DNA of 55,058 nt from Chloroflexota bacterium (lineage in GTDB: Bacteria; Chloroflexota; UBA11872). The stretch's first letter is position 1. Every line of letters starts with the position of its first letter. The position numbers were made by a program, and so were the translations under genes. Shown one piece after another: positions 17,576 to 27,610 of the stretch. A model generated the notes under the pieces. It did no database searches and was not told where the DNA came from. It saw only the letters and a list, made by a program, of their open reading frames with translations. The stretch is from assembly GCA_047516685.1 (NCBI GenBank), contig JAKZUJ010000062.1, forward strand, positions 1 to 55,058. Direction: 5' to 3'.

Positions 17576-19405
17576 ATGCCACGACAACTGTCACGACGTG
17601 ACCTCGGCCGCGCCGTCGCGCTCGGCGCTGCCGGCCTCGCCACGGCCCCGGCTTCGCGCGCGCTTGCCGATGTTGCGGCCGTGTCGGACGCCGCCATCGA
17701 TCCGCTGTTCGAAAACTTCGTCGAGACCGCGGGCGGCGTCACGGTCGTCGGCGAACCGCTGACCGAGCGCTTCGAACGCAACGGCCGCACGGCGCAGCTC
17801 TTTGCCAACTTCCTGCTGGAGTACTGGCCCGATAACGCCGGCACGCCCTACGAAGTGCAGCCGGCCTTGTTGGGCGAACTGGTCTCTGGCGGACGCTACT
17901 TTCACCAGATCGCACCGTTCCGCGGCGAGTCGACGGTGGAGTACGTCTGGCAGACCCGTCACTCGGTTCGTTTGGGCTTCCTGGACCTGTGGAAGCGCCT
18001 GGGCGGGGCCGATCTGCTCGGGCTGCCAATCTCCGAGGAAGTCCCTGAAGCCGGCGGTATCACCGCGCAGTTCTTTCAACGCGGCAAGCTCAGCTTTCTC
18101 GCCACGCGCGCCGTTCCAATTCAGATCGAACCGCTCGGGCGCGCCTACCTGGCAGCGCTCACTGACGGCATCCATGCCAGCTACAGCGTCGATCCCATCG
18201 CCCCTCGGCCACCGGGCGAATCCACCACCGTGCGGCTCACGGTCGAAAACACCGGCGCTGCGACGTGGGCGGCCGCTGGCGACGACGCCGTCCAGCTTGG
18301 TGTGCGCTGGGCCGACTCCCTTAGACCGTCCTCGCGCGCCACGCCGGACCTGACGTCGCTGCCACACGACATTGCGGCAGGCGGCTCGGCCACGCTCGAC
18401 ATCGCGGTCCAGATGCCCGCCGTCCCTGGTCCTTTCCGGCTCCAGCCGGATCTGCAAACCGGAGGCCAGTGGTTCAGCGCCCGGGCCGTTCCCACGCCAA
18501 TCGTGGACGCGCCGGCCCACTTGGCCACACCGAACATTCGAGTCGGACTTCTCGACATCAGTCACGACAACCCGGGCGTCGACCAGGCCACCATCTTCTC
18601 AACCGCCGGTCTGAAGGTGAGCGACGAAGGCGGCACGGTCCTGGCCCAACTCGGCGAGGACGAGCGCGTCGCCATCCGCCGCGACATCCCCAACGAGCTA
18701 CACGTGGTCGACCTTCCGGATGGCACGCAGCTCCAGACCGTTGGCAAAGTGTTCATCGATCCTGTTGAAGAGTCCCTGCTGCGCCTGGAAGAAACAGCTC
18801 CGCGGCGGACGTATCGCGGGTCGATGGAATTCGCCTGGCTTGCCAGCTATCAGAGCGCCTGGGTCGTCAACAGCCTGCCCATGGAGGACTACCTGTCGGG
18901 CCTCGTCGAGCAAAACGACACGATTCCCTGGGAAGCGCTGCGGGCCTCGGCCATTGCCTTTCGCACTTACGCCTACACCGTCCGTGGTGGGCGCCGGGCA
19001 CGCGGCGCTCTCTTCGATGTCGCCGCGTCTACCCGGCACACCCCCACGCTCTTCACTCGCGATCAGGTCTACCACGGCTACGCCCGTGAACTCTCGGGCA
19101 CGCGCCTGCGCGACGCGGTTCACGACACGCGCGGCTGTGTATTGACCTACCAGGGAAGTACCATCCACGCCGTGTATTTCTCACGCGCCGACGGCCGTAC
19201 CCGGAGTTGGCATGTGGAATGGGGCGGTCGCCTGAAGCCCTGGGCCGTGGCGGTTGACGATCCCTATAGCCAGGGGCAAACCCTGCTGGGACACGGGATC
19301 GGACTACCCTTGCACAGCGCCAACGCCATGGCCGCCGCCGGCGCCAACGGCGAGCAGATTCTCGCCGCCTACTACACAGGCGTCGACTTTGAGCACCTCT
19401 ATTGA
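17576..19405 (+). CDS. Tat-exported SpoIID/LytB-domain protein with N-terminal repeats and an Ig-like domain
   Basis: SRRDL twin-arginine signal; two G.P(L/I)(T/S)E...QxF repeats; Ig-like VENTGAATW; SpoIID motifs EDYLSGL, EALRASAIAFRTY, DQVY, GHGIGL, ILAAYY. Confidence 0.88.
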   Translation: MPRQLSRRDLGRAVALGAAGLATAPASRALADVAAVSDAAIDPLFENFVETAGGVTVVGEPLTERFERNGRTAQLFANFLLEYWPDNAGTPYEVQPALLGELVSGGRYFHQIAPFRGESTVEYVWQTRHSVRLGFLDLWKRLGGADLLGLPISEEVPEAGGITAQFFQRGKLSFLATRAVPIQIEPLGRAYLAALTDGIHASYSVDPIAPRPPGESTTVRLTVENTGAATWAAAGDDAVQLGVRWADSLRPSSRATPDLTSLPHDIAAGGSATLDIAVQMPAVPGPFRLQPDLQTGGQWFSARAVPTPIVDAPAHLATPNIRVGLLDISHDNPGVDQATIFSTAGLKVSDEGGTVLAQLGEDERVAIRRDIPNELHVVDLPDGTQLQTVGKVFIDPVEESLLRLEETAPRRTYRGSMEFAWLASYQSAWVVNSLPMEDYLSGLVEQNDTIPWEALRASAIAFRTYAYTVRGGRRARGALFDVAASTRHTPTLFTRDQVYHGYARELSGTRLRDAVHDTRGCVLTYQGSTIHAVYFSRADGRTRSWHVEWGGRLKPWAVAVDDPYSQGQTLLGHGIGLPLHSANAMAAAGANGEQILAAYYTGVDFEHLY

Positions 19406-20382
19406 GACCTAACGCCACGGCCGCCGACCTGCGCGGCTGCGACTTTCTGACGCTGGCTGACCTCTCCCCCGCCCAGATTCAGCGTCTCCTGGATCGCGCG
19501 GCCCAACTCAAGGACATGCAGGCAAGCGGGCAGTCCCATCCGCTCCTTTCCGGCTACAGCCTCGCGATGCTCTTTGAGAAGTCCTCCCTGCGCACCCGCA
19601 CCACCTTCATGGTCGGCATGTCCCAGCTGGGTGGCTTCGCTATCGACCTGATGAACGAACACACCCAGATCGGTGTCCGCGAGTCGATTCCCGACATTGC
19701 GCGCAACCTGGAACGCTGGGTCCACGCGCTGATGGCTCGCGTGTACGAGCACCGCACGCTTGAGGCGTTGGCCGCCTGGGCCGACCTTCCAGTCATAAAC
19801 GGACTCAGCGACCTCGCGCATCCCTGCCAGGCCCTGGCGGACCTCCTGACCGTCCGCGAGCACCTTGGCGGTCTCGCGGGTCGGCGGCTCGCCTATGTCG
19901 GCGACGGCTTCAACGTCTGCAACTCGCTGCTGTTTGCCGGCGCACTGACGGGCATGCACGTCCGCGTTGCCGCACCCGTCGGCTACGAGCCCGACGAAGA
20001 CATGCTGGAGCGCGCCCAGGAGATTGCCGATGAGGGCGGCGGAAGCATCGAAATTGGAAACGACCCTCAGACCGCCGCGACTGGCGCCGAGGTGGTCTAC
20101 ACCGACGCCTGGGTCAGCATGGGCCTCGAACACGAGGCCGCACAGCGACGCGAGGTCTTTGCCCCGTTCCGTGTGGACGCTGCGCTGATGGCGCGCGCGG
20201 ACCCGCAAGCCATCTTCATGCACTGCTTGCCCGCCCACCGCGGCGAGGAAGTGACCGACGCCGTTCTGGATGGACCCCAGTCGGTGGTCTTCGACCAGGC
20301 CGAGAACCGTCTGCACACGCAGAAGGCCCTGTTGGTGGCGGTCATGCGCGGCGACGCCGCGTTCGACGAGCTGGGAGCCTAG
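19402..20382 (+). CDS. argF: Ornithine carbamoyltransferase
   Basis: FEKSSLRTR, HPCQALAD, YTDAWVSMG, HCLPAHRGEE, QAENRLH. Confidence 0.96.
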   Translation: MRPNATAADLRGCDFLTLADLSPAQIQRLLDRAAQLKDMQASGQSHPLLSGYSLAMLFEKSSLRTRTTFMVGMSQLGGFAIDLMNEHTQIGVRESIPDIARNLERWVHALMARVYEHRTLEALAAWADLPVINGLSDLAHPCQALADLLTVREHLGGLAGRRLAYVGDGFNVCNSLLFAGALTGMHVRVAAPVGYEPDEDMLERAQEIADEGGGSIEIGNDPQTAATGAEVVYTDAWVSMGLEHEAAQRREVFAPFRVDAALMARADPQAIFMHCLPAHRGEEVTDAVLDGPQSVVFDQAENRLHTQKALLVAVMRGDAAFDELGA

Positions 20383-20423
20383 GTAAACTGAACCACCGTC
20401 GGCGTTGACGATAAGCGGCTCGC

Positions 20424-21257
20424 GTGGAACAGCTTGAGTACCTTGCAGGTGAGTTTGACTTTGGCGCCGCGATCCAAATATTGCTGGTTGCGTTCCTCTT
20501 CAACGCAGTACTCACGCTGATTCGCGGAACTCAGGCCGATCAGTTGCTCCGCGGCTTGCTGGTGGTAGCGGTGGCCTTGTTCGTCATTGGCCGCGTGCTC
20601 CAGCTTGATCTCGTCAACTGGATCCTGGACCAGGGAGTGCTGGTCGCGACCTTCGGACTGTTCGTGGTCTTTCAGCCCGAGTTGCGCCGCCTGCTCGAAC
20701 GCGTCGGGCGCACCGGCTCGCTGGTCGCGCATCCCTTTGGAATGGTCACGCCCGAGCAGACGCAGCAGATGATTGCCGCGGTGGTTGGCTCGGCCGAGGA
20801 ACTCTCGGCCCGACTCTGGGGCGCACTGATCGTCGTGCAACGTCAAGGCGGGCTCGATGAATTCGCCGGTACGGGCACGCGCCTCGAAGCCAGCCTGTCG
20901 CGCAACCTGCTGGTCACGGTTTTTCATCCCGGCTCCGAACTGCACGACGGAGCGATCCTGGTCAACGGCACGGAAGTCGTGGCCGCGCACGTCATGCTCC
21001 CGCTCAGCGACGAGCTGGGCCCCCAGGATCACGTGGGCACTCGACACCGCGCCGGCCTGGGCATTACGGAAGCCACCGACGCCGTAGCCGTCATCATTTC
21101 CGAGGAAACAGGCGGCATCTCGATGGCTGTTGACGGGCGCCTCGAACGTCATCTCACGCCGGACCAGTTGGGCCGCCGGCTCGAATCGTCGTTCCGGCTT
21201 CACACGCGCGGTGCGGGCCTCCAGGGCCTGCCCGCCTGGATTTCGCGCAATAGGTGA
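20424..21257 (+). CDS. cdaA: Diadenylate cyclase CdaA
   Basis: Three N-terminal TMs; FQPELRR, HDGA, GTRHRA, SEETG. Confidence 0.95.
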   Translation: MEQLEYLAGEFDFGAAIQILLVAFLFNAVLTLIRGTQADQLLRGLLVVAVALFVIGRVLQLDLVNWILDQGVLVATFGLFVVFQPELRRLLERVGRTGSLVAHPFGMVTPEQTQQMIAAVVGSAEELSARLWGALIVVQRQGGLDEFAGTGTRLEASLSRNLLVTVFHPGSELHDGAILVNGTEVVAAHVMLPLSDELGPQDHVGTRHRAGLGITEATDAVAVIISEETGGISMAVDGRLERHLTPDQLGRRLESSFRLHTRGAGLQGLPAWISRNR

Positions 21258-22636
21258 ACGCCTCCCGGCGCCGGCGCGCCCGTCACATCATCCTGGCGCG
21301 CCGGTTTTTCTCGCGAACGCTTGGCGTGCGCTTTCTCGTGGCGCTGGCCTTGTCCGCCCTGGTGTGGGTCGTCTGGACGATCGAGCAGAATCCGGACGAC
21401 CAGAAACTCTTTAGCGACGACATCCTGGTCGACGAAGTAAACCTCGGCCCCAGCCTCGTGCTGGCCAGCCCGATCGAACCTGTGCTCGTCACCGTGAGCG
21501 GACCAAAAGAAAATCTGGGACAAGTCACGGTGCGTCACTTCTCAGCGCGCGTGAACCTGGCCGGCATCGGCGCCGGAGTCCACCAGATTCCGGTGGAAGT
21601 AGCGGTGGCGGACGCCGCGATCGAGGTGGTTCAGGTCACGCCCGAAACGGTAACCGTCCAGATTGACCCGTTCGAGGTCCGCGCATTTGAAGTCACCGCA
21701 CGTTTGGACAGCGCCCCGGCCGTCGGGTTCCTCGCTGAACTCAGCGAGGTCGTCTCCAGTCCTGCCAGCGTGCAGGTGAGCGGGGGAGCGTCCGACGTCG
21801 ACGAGGTCGCCGCGGTCGTCGTCAACCTAAGTCTGGAAGGCGCCACCAGCGACGTCTCCACGCAGGCCCTGCTGGTGCCGACGGATCGAAGCGGCAATGA
21901 AGTCGAAAACGTCCACCTTGATCCGCAGACCGCCGAGGTTCGCGTTCCGATCACTCGCATCACCAGCCGTAAACGCGTTCCGGTCCTCGCCGAAGTTACG
22001 GGCAAGGTTGCCCAAGGCTTCTTCGTCACCGATATCAGCGTTGTGCCGACTACCGTGGAGATCCACGGTCAGCCCGACGACATCGAGCGGGTCAGCGCCG
22101 TCAGTACCGTCGCCTTGGATGTCGATGGCGCGCGCGGAGATGTCGAAGGCAACGTCGCCTTCGACATCCCGGTTGGGGTCCGAGTGCTGAGCGACGAGCC
22201 CACGGCCGCGATCGTCGTCGTCGTGGAACCCCTCGCCGACACCACCACCATCCAGGCGGCCGTCGTGGCCGTCAACGTCGCTCCAGATATCAGCGCCGTC
22301 GTGTCGCAGCCCTCCGTCCAGGTAGTCGTCGGCGGCACCGTCGAAACGCTCCAGGAGTTGCGGGCCGGCGATGTCGTTGCGGAACTGGACCTCGCGAACC
22401 TAAGCCCCGGTCGTCATCAGCTTCGTCCGGTAATCACGGTTCCGCCAGGCATCGAAATTACGCAGGTGTCCCCGCCGGTGCTGACCGTGGAGTTGCAGCT
22501 TGACCAGGACTCCGGCCCGGCGCCCCGGAGCGAGGCCCTGATCGGACCGGGTGGCGCCGTCGCCACTCCCACACCGACCGCCACGCCGACGATCCCAGCC
22601 GCACCTCCGCCAATCCGAACGTCGCCAATCAGCTGA
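21254..22636 (+). CDS. cdaR: CdaR/YbbR-family regulator
   Basis: Directly follows cdaA; TM anchor ending in LVW, repeated YbbR beta domains (PxxVxVxG), Pro/Thr-rich tail. Confidence 0.9.
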   Translation: MNASRRRRARHIILARRFFSRTLGVRFLVALALSALVWVVWTIEQNPDDQKLFSDDILVDEVNLGPSLVLASPIEPVLVTVSGPKENLGQVTVRHFSARVNLAGIGAGVHQIPVEVAVADAAIEVVQVTPETVTVQIDPFEVRAFEVTARLDSAPAVGFLAELSEVVSSPASVQVSGGASDVDEVAAVVVNLSLEGATSDVSTQALLVPTDRSGNEVENVHLDPQTAEVRVPITRITSRKRVPVLAEVTGKVAQGFFVTDISVVPTTVEIHGQPDDIERVSAVSTVALDVDGARGDVEGNVAFDIPVGVRVLSDEPTAAIVVVVEPLADTTTIQAAVVAVNVAPDISAVVSQPSVQVVVGGTVETLQELRAGDVVAELDLANLSPGRHQLRPVITVPPGIEITQVSPPVLTVELQLDQDSGPAPRSEALIGPGGAVATPTPTATPTIPAAPPPIRTSPIS

Positions 22637-23866
22637 TCACGCACGCGCTTTCGCGGCGCGCGCCACCGCGCCCTCGTAGAGCCCGGTCAGTGGCGCCGTC
22701 AGTCGTTCCCACGAAAGCTCCTCGGTTGCCCGCGCCGAGGCTCGGTCGCGTACGTCCGCCTCTCCCTCGGCCGCCAGCGCGCGCATCACGGCATCCGCCA
22801 CGGCGTCCGGAGACGCGTCGGCGGCCACGAACCCCGTATCGCCATCGCTGATGAAGGTCAGGGCCTCACCCACGGGCGTTGTCACAACCGGTACGCCGGC
22901 GTACATCAGGTCGATATAGCGCGGCGAGCACTTGGCCCGGTTGGCCACGGTGTCAGCCAGCGGCAGCAGCGCCAGATCCACCGCTGCCAGCGCCGACGGT
23001 ATGTCCGCAAACGCCAGCCAGCCCAGAAACGACATGCGTTCGGCCAGTCCCGAGATACGCATGTCGGCCGACAGGTCGCGTTCCTGGCCGAATTTCCCGG
23101 CCCCAAGCACCAGAAAACGTGTCCGTGGCGCCCGCCCGGCAATGGTCCGGATCAGCCTGGCCCACTCCTCGAGGCCATAGTCGAAGAATCGCGTATAGAT
23201 CAGGATGAGACGCTCGTGGCTGCGAACGCCCAGCGAGCGGCGGAAGGCGCTGCCAGCTCGATCCGGCGCCCAGTTCTCATAGGCCGCCGGGTCGAATCCG
23301 TTCGGGAGATGGAGCACTGGGCAGTCCGCGGCAACCGTCCCCGCACGCTCGGCCAGCAGCCGGCTGGCCGCCGTAACGGCGTCGCAGCGCCGCATGCCCA
23401 GGCGCTCCTGAATCTCGAACAGTTCCACCAGCGGCCGCGCGTAGTCCTCGTTGCGGCTCCAGCCGTCCCGCCCCTCCCAGTCGTCCATGTCCAGCACGAT
23501 GGCCGGCCGGTCCCGCCGCCGGGCGATCAGTGTCTGCGCCAGCCCCGACACCGCCTTCGGCTTGAAAACATGCACCAGGTCCGGACGCCACTCCGCCACC
23601 AGGTCCGCGGCCGCCCGAGCCAGCCGCCACTGCGTCCAGGCGGCGCCCACCAGACTCGTGCCGTCATAGCGCGGGCGCGGCAGGCACAACACTTCCACCC
23701 CGTCGTCCTCCCACTCGTTCCCGTAGGTGTTGGGATCGTCGTACGGCGGCACGATCACGCGCACGCGGTGTCCAACCGCGGCCGCCGCCCGGGCCATGGG
23801 CATCACCCGCCGGCCCGTCGTGTTCTTGGGCGCAAACCCGAACGGCGCGATGTAAACGGCGTACAT
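22637..23866 (-). CDS. GT4 family glycosyltransferase
   Basis: RPDLVH, DMDDWE, LPNG, AGVPVVTTPVG, LSWE (GT-B fold). Confidence 0.9.
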   Translation of the reverse strand: MYAVYIAPFGFAPKNTTGRRVMPMARAAAAVGHRVRVIVPPYDDPNTYGNEWEDDGVEVLCLPRPRYDGTSLVGAAWTQWRLARAAADLVAEWRPDLVHVFKPKAVSGLAQTLIARRRDRPAIVLDMDDWEGRDGWSRNEDYARPLVELFEIQERLGMRRCDAVTAASRLLAERAGTVAADCPVLHLPNGFDPAAYENWAPDRAGSAFRRSLGVRSHERLILIYTRFFDYGLEEWARLIRTIAGRAPRTRFLVLGAGKFGQERDLSADMRISGLAERMSFLGWLAFADIPSALAAVDLALLPLADTVANRAKCSPRYIDLMYAGVPVVTTPVGEALTFISDGDTGFVAADASPDAVADAVMRALAAEGEADVRDRASARATEELSWERLTAPLTGLYEGAVARAAKARA

Positions 23867-23869
23867 CGG

Positions 23870-26791
23870 CTATCGACGCCGGCCGCGGACCCACGCCGCG
23901 ACCGCGCCCAGGCACAAGGCCGCCAGGCTGACTAAGGACACGACCCTTCCCACCTCAAACGGCAGTGATCGGTAGGTGAACTCCACCAGGTGCTCGCCCG
24001 CCTCCCGGATCAACACCGCGCGGTGCCCCACGTTCGCCTGCCAAATCGGCTGCTCGACCCCGTTCACATGCGCCTGCCAGCCCGGATACGGTGCGTCCGG
24101 CAGCACCAGCACCCGCGGACCCGAAGTTCGCACGCGCAGGCTCACCCGCTCCGGCTCCTCCACAAGCGATTCGACGGTTTCGGCGTCTAACCCGCCAACG
24201 GTCCCCGCCGAAGCCAACGCCCGCAACTCCGTGGCGGACGTCGCATCCACCTGTCCCGCGGTCGCGGATGGTCGAAGCAGGCCAATAGCGCGCGCCGCCT
24301 CGGCCAGTACGCCCCCGCCGGACTCGATGTCGGCTGCGACCTTCAGCACCGCCCTTCGATCCGGAGCAAAGTCAGACCCGCCAACCAGGTCGCGGGCCTC
24401 CGCCTCATCGCGTGCCAGCCGCACGTCGGTCACCAGCCACGCACGCGGTACGGACGTGCCTCGGCGCGACACCACCACCTCGCCCGCCCGCCGGCTCAGG
24501 GCCGCCGCCTCGGACCGCAGAGCCAGTGACGTCGATCCGCCGTCCGCATGCAGAAGCGCCATCCCCCGCAGGTCGAATGGCCTTCCGGTGGCGGCAACGA
24601 CCACTCGCCGTACGTCGATCGGAGCCTCCAATGTGGCCCGGCTCAAGTACGACGGGCGATCAAGACCCGTGCGCGTCGACACAAGGTGCCCCGGACCCAG
24701 CACAACCCGCTCCGGGCGCTCGAGGCGACGCGTCAGAGGCAGCGTCACCGTCGTTCCATCTGCCGCGTGCAGCTCAACCCGGCCCGCCGGTCCGGCTGCG
24801 ACGTCCAGCGGCGCATCAGTCACCACCGCCACCCCCAGCACGTCGTCCAGGATGATTTCGTCGCTTCGCCCGGCCTCGTCGATCCGCCGCCAATAGCCCA
24901 GGTCCAGCGTCGCCGCCTCCACCCCCAGCATCGCGTCGGGACTACGAATCACCGACCGCACCCCCAGTCCGTCCAGCACGCGGTCCGCTGGGATGTCCGT
25001 AAGCGCCTGCTGGATCAGCAGGTCGGGCGTCGCGCCCGTTCCGGGCAACAGCAGATCGCGAAACTCTACAAAGCTGCGCAGTGGCAAGACCCCACCGTCA
25101 TAACCATCCGCGGTCGCCAGACCAAAGGCCATGACCAAATTTGGGTTCAGGATCGCGGCGTTCTTCAGCGAAACCAGCAACTCGCGAAACGAGCGCTCCC
25201 CCAGGCGGTCGAACCATTCCTCGGCCAGGCGCGCGCGCGCGGCCTGGCTGATCTCGAACGACGGCCGTGCCAGGCTCAGCACGCGGCCATCCCATCCCTG
25301 CGTATCCAGCGCGGCTCGTACGCCGGAATCTTCGACATACGCTTCCGGCGGCACGGCCAGTCGCGCCGGCGCGGGCCCCGAAGCCACCACCAGCTCCCCG
25401 ATCACCAACACCAGAACAAGCCACCGCGTCCATGCCCAGGATGACGTGTACGCCGCCCCCACAACCACCAGCGCCACCAGCCCGGCCACAACCCACGGCT
25501 GCCAAATGTCCTCACGTACGGGATGCACAACTCCCAGCACCGCCAGCGGCACGCCCACCGCAACCAGGCCCAGCGCCGCGCCCGCGCCCCGCCGCACGTG
25601 GTTGGCGGCCAACCCGCGACGCCCCAGCAATTCAGCCCCCTGCGCCCCCAGCAACGCCGCCGCCAGGATGCCCGGCAGCAGCCAGCGCGGCGGCACGCGG
25701 AACAGATCGAATCCTGGAATCAGGCGGTGCGCCAGCGTGAACAGCGGCGTGGCCGGGCCAACCGCCAGAATCAGCGTCGCGGCCAGCGTTGCAACAAACA
25801 ACAACGTGCGCGCCCGTCGCGGCCGCGCCGCCACCCCCAGCACTGCCAGGATGATCCCGGTCAACCCGATGTGCGCCACGAATTCCGTGCTTGACGGCAA
25901 TGTCGTGAACGTCGGCAGCAACGCGCCCAGGAACTCGTCCCCCGGCAGCGAAAACGATGCCGCTTCGTGTAGCGGCAGTCCCCCCGACCGAATGCCATGA
26001 CGCGTGACCTCCAGCGTCGGCAACAGCTGCACCGCCGCCAGCAACACGCCGCCAACCCCGGCCGCCGCCCACGCCAGCAAGCCGCGCGCGGCCCCCGCCA
26101 GCCGTCCGCGCCGTGATCGGTCGCCGTCCGCTCCTCCCGCGGTCAGCGCGTAGACCAGCCCAAACACCAGGCTCATGTACGCCACCTGTGGATGCCCGGC
26201 CAGCAGCAGCAGCGCGGTCACGGGCGGCAACGCCAGCCAGGCCCGGCGCTCTCCCGCCACCGCACGGTCCAGTGCCAGCAGCAGCCACGGCAGCCAGGCC
26301 GCGGCCGACACCTGGTTCACGTGGCCTGACTGCGCGACGAAGTAGCCGCCGAGCGCAAACACCGCCGCCCCGGTCGCCGCCGCCGGCCAGCTCAGACGCA
26401 ACCCTGTCCGCGCCAGCGCCAGCGTTCCCGCGGCCGCCCAGCCCACGTGGAGCACCAGCGCCACGCTGATCGCCCGCTCGGGACTCAAGCCCAGCAACAA
26501 CCAGTTCGGCAGATAGAAAACGGCCGCCTGCGGGTTCGCCAGGAACGGAGCGCCCATGAACAGGTCCGGGTTCCACAACGGAATCCGTCCAGCGCGCAGC
26601 GCGTCGAACACCCCGGCCCAGTAGGGATAGAAATAGGTCTGCGTGTCGTAGCCGGCCACGACCAGACCTTCGAAAATCAGTCGGCTGTAGGTGAGCAGCA
26701 AACCCGCCGTCAGCAGCGCGGCCGCCAGCAACGGCGCTCCCAGCGAGTGGGGGATTCGAAGGCGCAGCCCCCGGGCAAGAACGCCCTGCAT
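23870..26791 (-). CDS. YfhO-family membrane protein (GT-C-like)
   Basis: PLWNPDLFMGAPFLANPQ, LAGHPQ, AVQLLP, FRVPPR, C-terminal YPGWQAHVNG...GEHLVEFTY. Confidence 0.9.
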   Translation of the reverse strand: MQGVLARGLRLRIPHSLGAPLLAAALLTAGLLLTYSRLIFEGLVVAGYDTQTYFYPYWAGVFDALRAGRIPLWNPDLFMGAPFLANPQAAVFYLPNWLLLGLSPERAISVALVLHVGWAAAGTLALARTGLRLSWPAAATGAAVFALGGYFVAQSGHVNQVSAAAWLPWLLLALDRAVAGERRAWLALPPVTALLLLAGHPQVAYMSLVFGLVYALTAGGADGDRSRRGRLAGAARGLLAWAAAGVGGVLLAAVQLLPTLEVTRHGIRSGGLPLHEAASFSLPGDEFLGALLPTFTTLPSSTEFVAHIGLTGIILAVLGVAARPRRARTLLFVATLAATLILAVGPATPLFTLAHRLIPGFDLFRVPPRWLLPGILAAALLGAQGAELLGRRGLAANHVRRGAGAALGLVAVGVPLAVLGVVHPVREDIWQPWVVAGLVALVVVGAAYTSSWAWTRWLVLVLVIGELVVASGPAPARLAVPPEAYVEDSGVRAALDTQGWDGRVLSLARPSFEISQAARARLAEEWFDRLGERSFRELLVSLKNAAILNPNLVMAFGLATADGYDGGVLPLRSFVEFRDLLLPGTGATPDLLIQQALTDIPADRVLDGLGVRSVIRSPDAMLGVEAATLDLGYWRRIDEAGRSDEIILDDVLGVAVVTDAPLDVAAGPAGRVELHAADGTTVTLPLTRRLERPERVVLGPGHLVSTRTGLDRPSYLSRATLEAPIDVRRVVVAATGRPFDLRGMALLHADGGSTSLALRSEAAALSRRAGEVVVSRRGTSVPRAWLVTDVRLARDEAEARDLVGGSDFAPDRRAVLKVAADIESGGGVLAEAARAIGLLRPSATAGQVDATSATELRALASAGTVGGLDAETVESLVEEPERVSLRVRTSGPRVLVLPDAPYPGWQAHVNGVEQPIWQANVGHRAVLIREAGEHLVEFTYRSLPFEVGRVVSLVSLAALCLGAVAAWVRGRRR

Positions 26792-26811
26792 GGGGGTTGA
26801 GCGGGCCTCCC

Positions 26812-27384
26812 CTAGATCTCTTCCGCCAGAATGATCGCCTCGGCGATATCTCGCATCGAGCGGCGCCGGTCCATGCTCAGCTTCTGAATCCGCTTGAATG
26901 CGTCTGGCTCCGAGAGCCCCAGCCGCGTCATCAGCAGCCCCTTGGCCCGTTCCACCACCTTGCGGGTCTCCAGTTGCTCCGTCAGGCTCTGCACATCGCG
27001 GCTAACCGCCTCGAACTCACCGTACCGAGAGATCGCCACGGCGATAGCTGACTCCAGGTCCCGGTCGCGCAGGGGCTTCAGCACGTACCCAATCACCCCC
27101 ACCTCGCTGGCGCGTTCCACCAGTTCCCGCTCACTATGCGCCGTCACCAGCACCACCGGCGCAATGTGCTCCGCGGTGAGCGCCCGCGCCGCTTCGATTC
27201 CGTCCAGCCCGGGCATTTTGATGTCCATCACCACAAGGTCGGGTCGCAGCTCGCGAGCCATTCGCACCGTGCTCTCGCCGTCCCCTGCTTCACCAACAAC
27301 CTGATGCCCGGAGGCCTCCAGCCGCTCCTTGAGGTCGAGCCGGATGATCGTTTCGTCTTCAGCGACGATGACTCGCAAACTCAA
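26812..27384 (-). CDS. ANTAR-domain response regulator
   Basis: REC domain (AEDE, MDIKMP, KP) plus ANTAR (RKVVERAKGLLM...SEPDAF..IQKLSMD). Confidence 0.95.
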   Translation of the reverse strand: MSLRVIVAEDETIIRLDLKERLEASGHQVVGEAGDGESTVRMARELRPDLVVMDIKMPGLDGIEAARALTAEHIAPVVLVTAHSERELVERASEVGVIGYVLKPLRDRDLESAIAVAISRYGEFEAVSRDVQSLTEQLETRKVVERAKGLLMTRLGLSEPDAFKRIQKLSMDRRRSMRDIAEAIILAEEI

Positions 27385-27490
27385 GCGAGTTCCTTTCCCG
27401 TGAGTCAGCGCCCGCGCGCCCGGCGGACGTGTCAGGCAAGCCTACCAGCGACGACACCTCAGTCGGACACGACCCGCGGGCGCCCCCGCA

Positions 27491-27520
27491 TTGACCGCCG
27501 ATTGGCACTACATCTAGTAT
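27491..27520 (+). promoter_or_regulatory. Putative sigma70 promoter of dnaN
   Basis: TTGACC-N18-TAGTAT about 90 nt upstream of the GTG start. Confidence 0.45.
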
Positions 27521-27610
27521 CCGCTCACTGCGGCGCCCAACATGTGCGCCAACTCTCGCTCGGCGGGCCCGCGCCACCGGTTTCGTCGCCAGGACTTCGG
27601 AGATCGTCGC

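Noticed and set aside
27385-27490. ANTAR twin-hairpin target
   Set aside because: Could not identify two hexaloop stems by eye.
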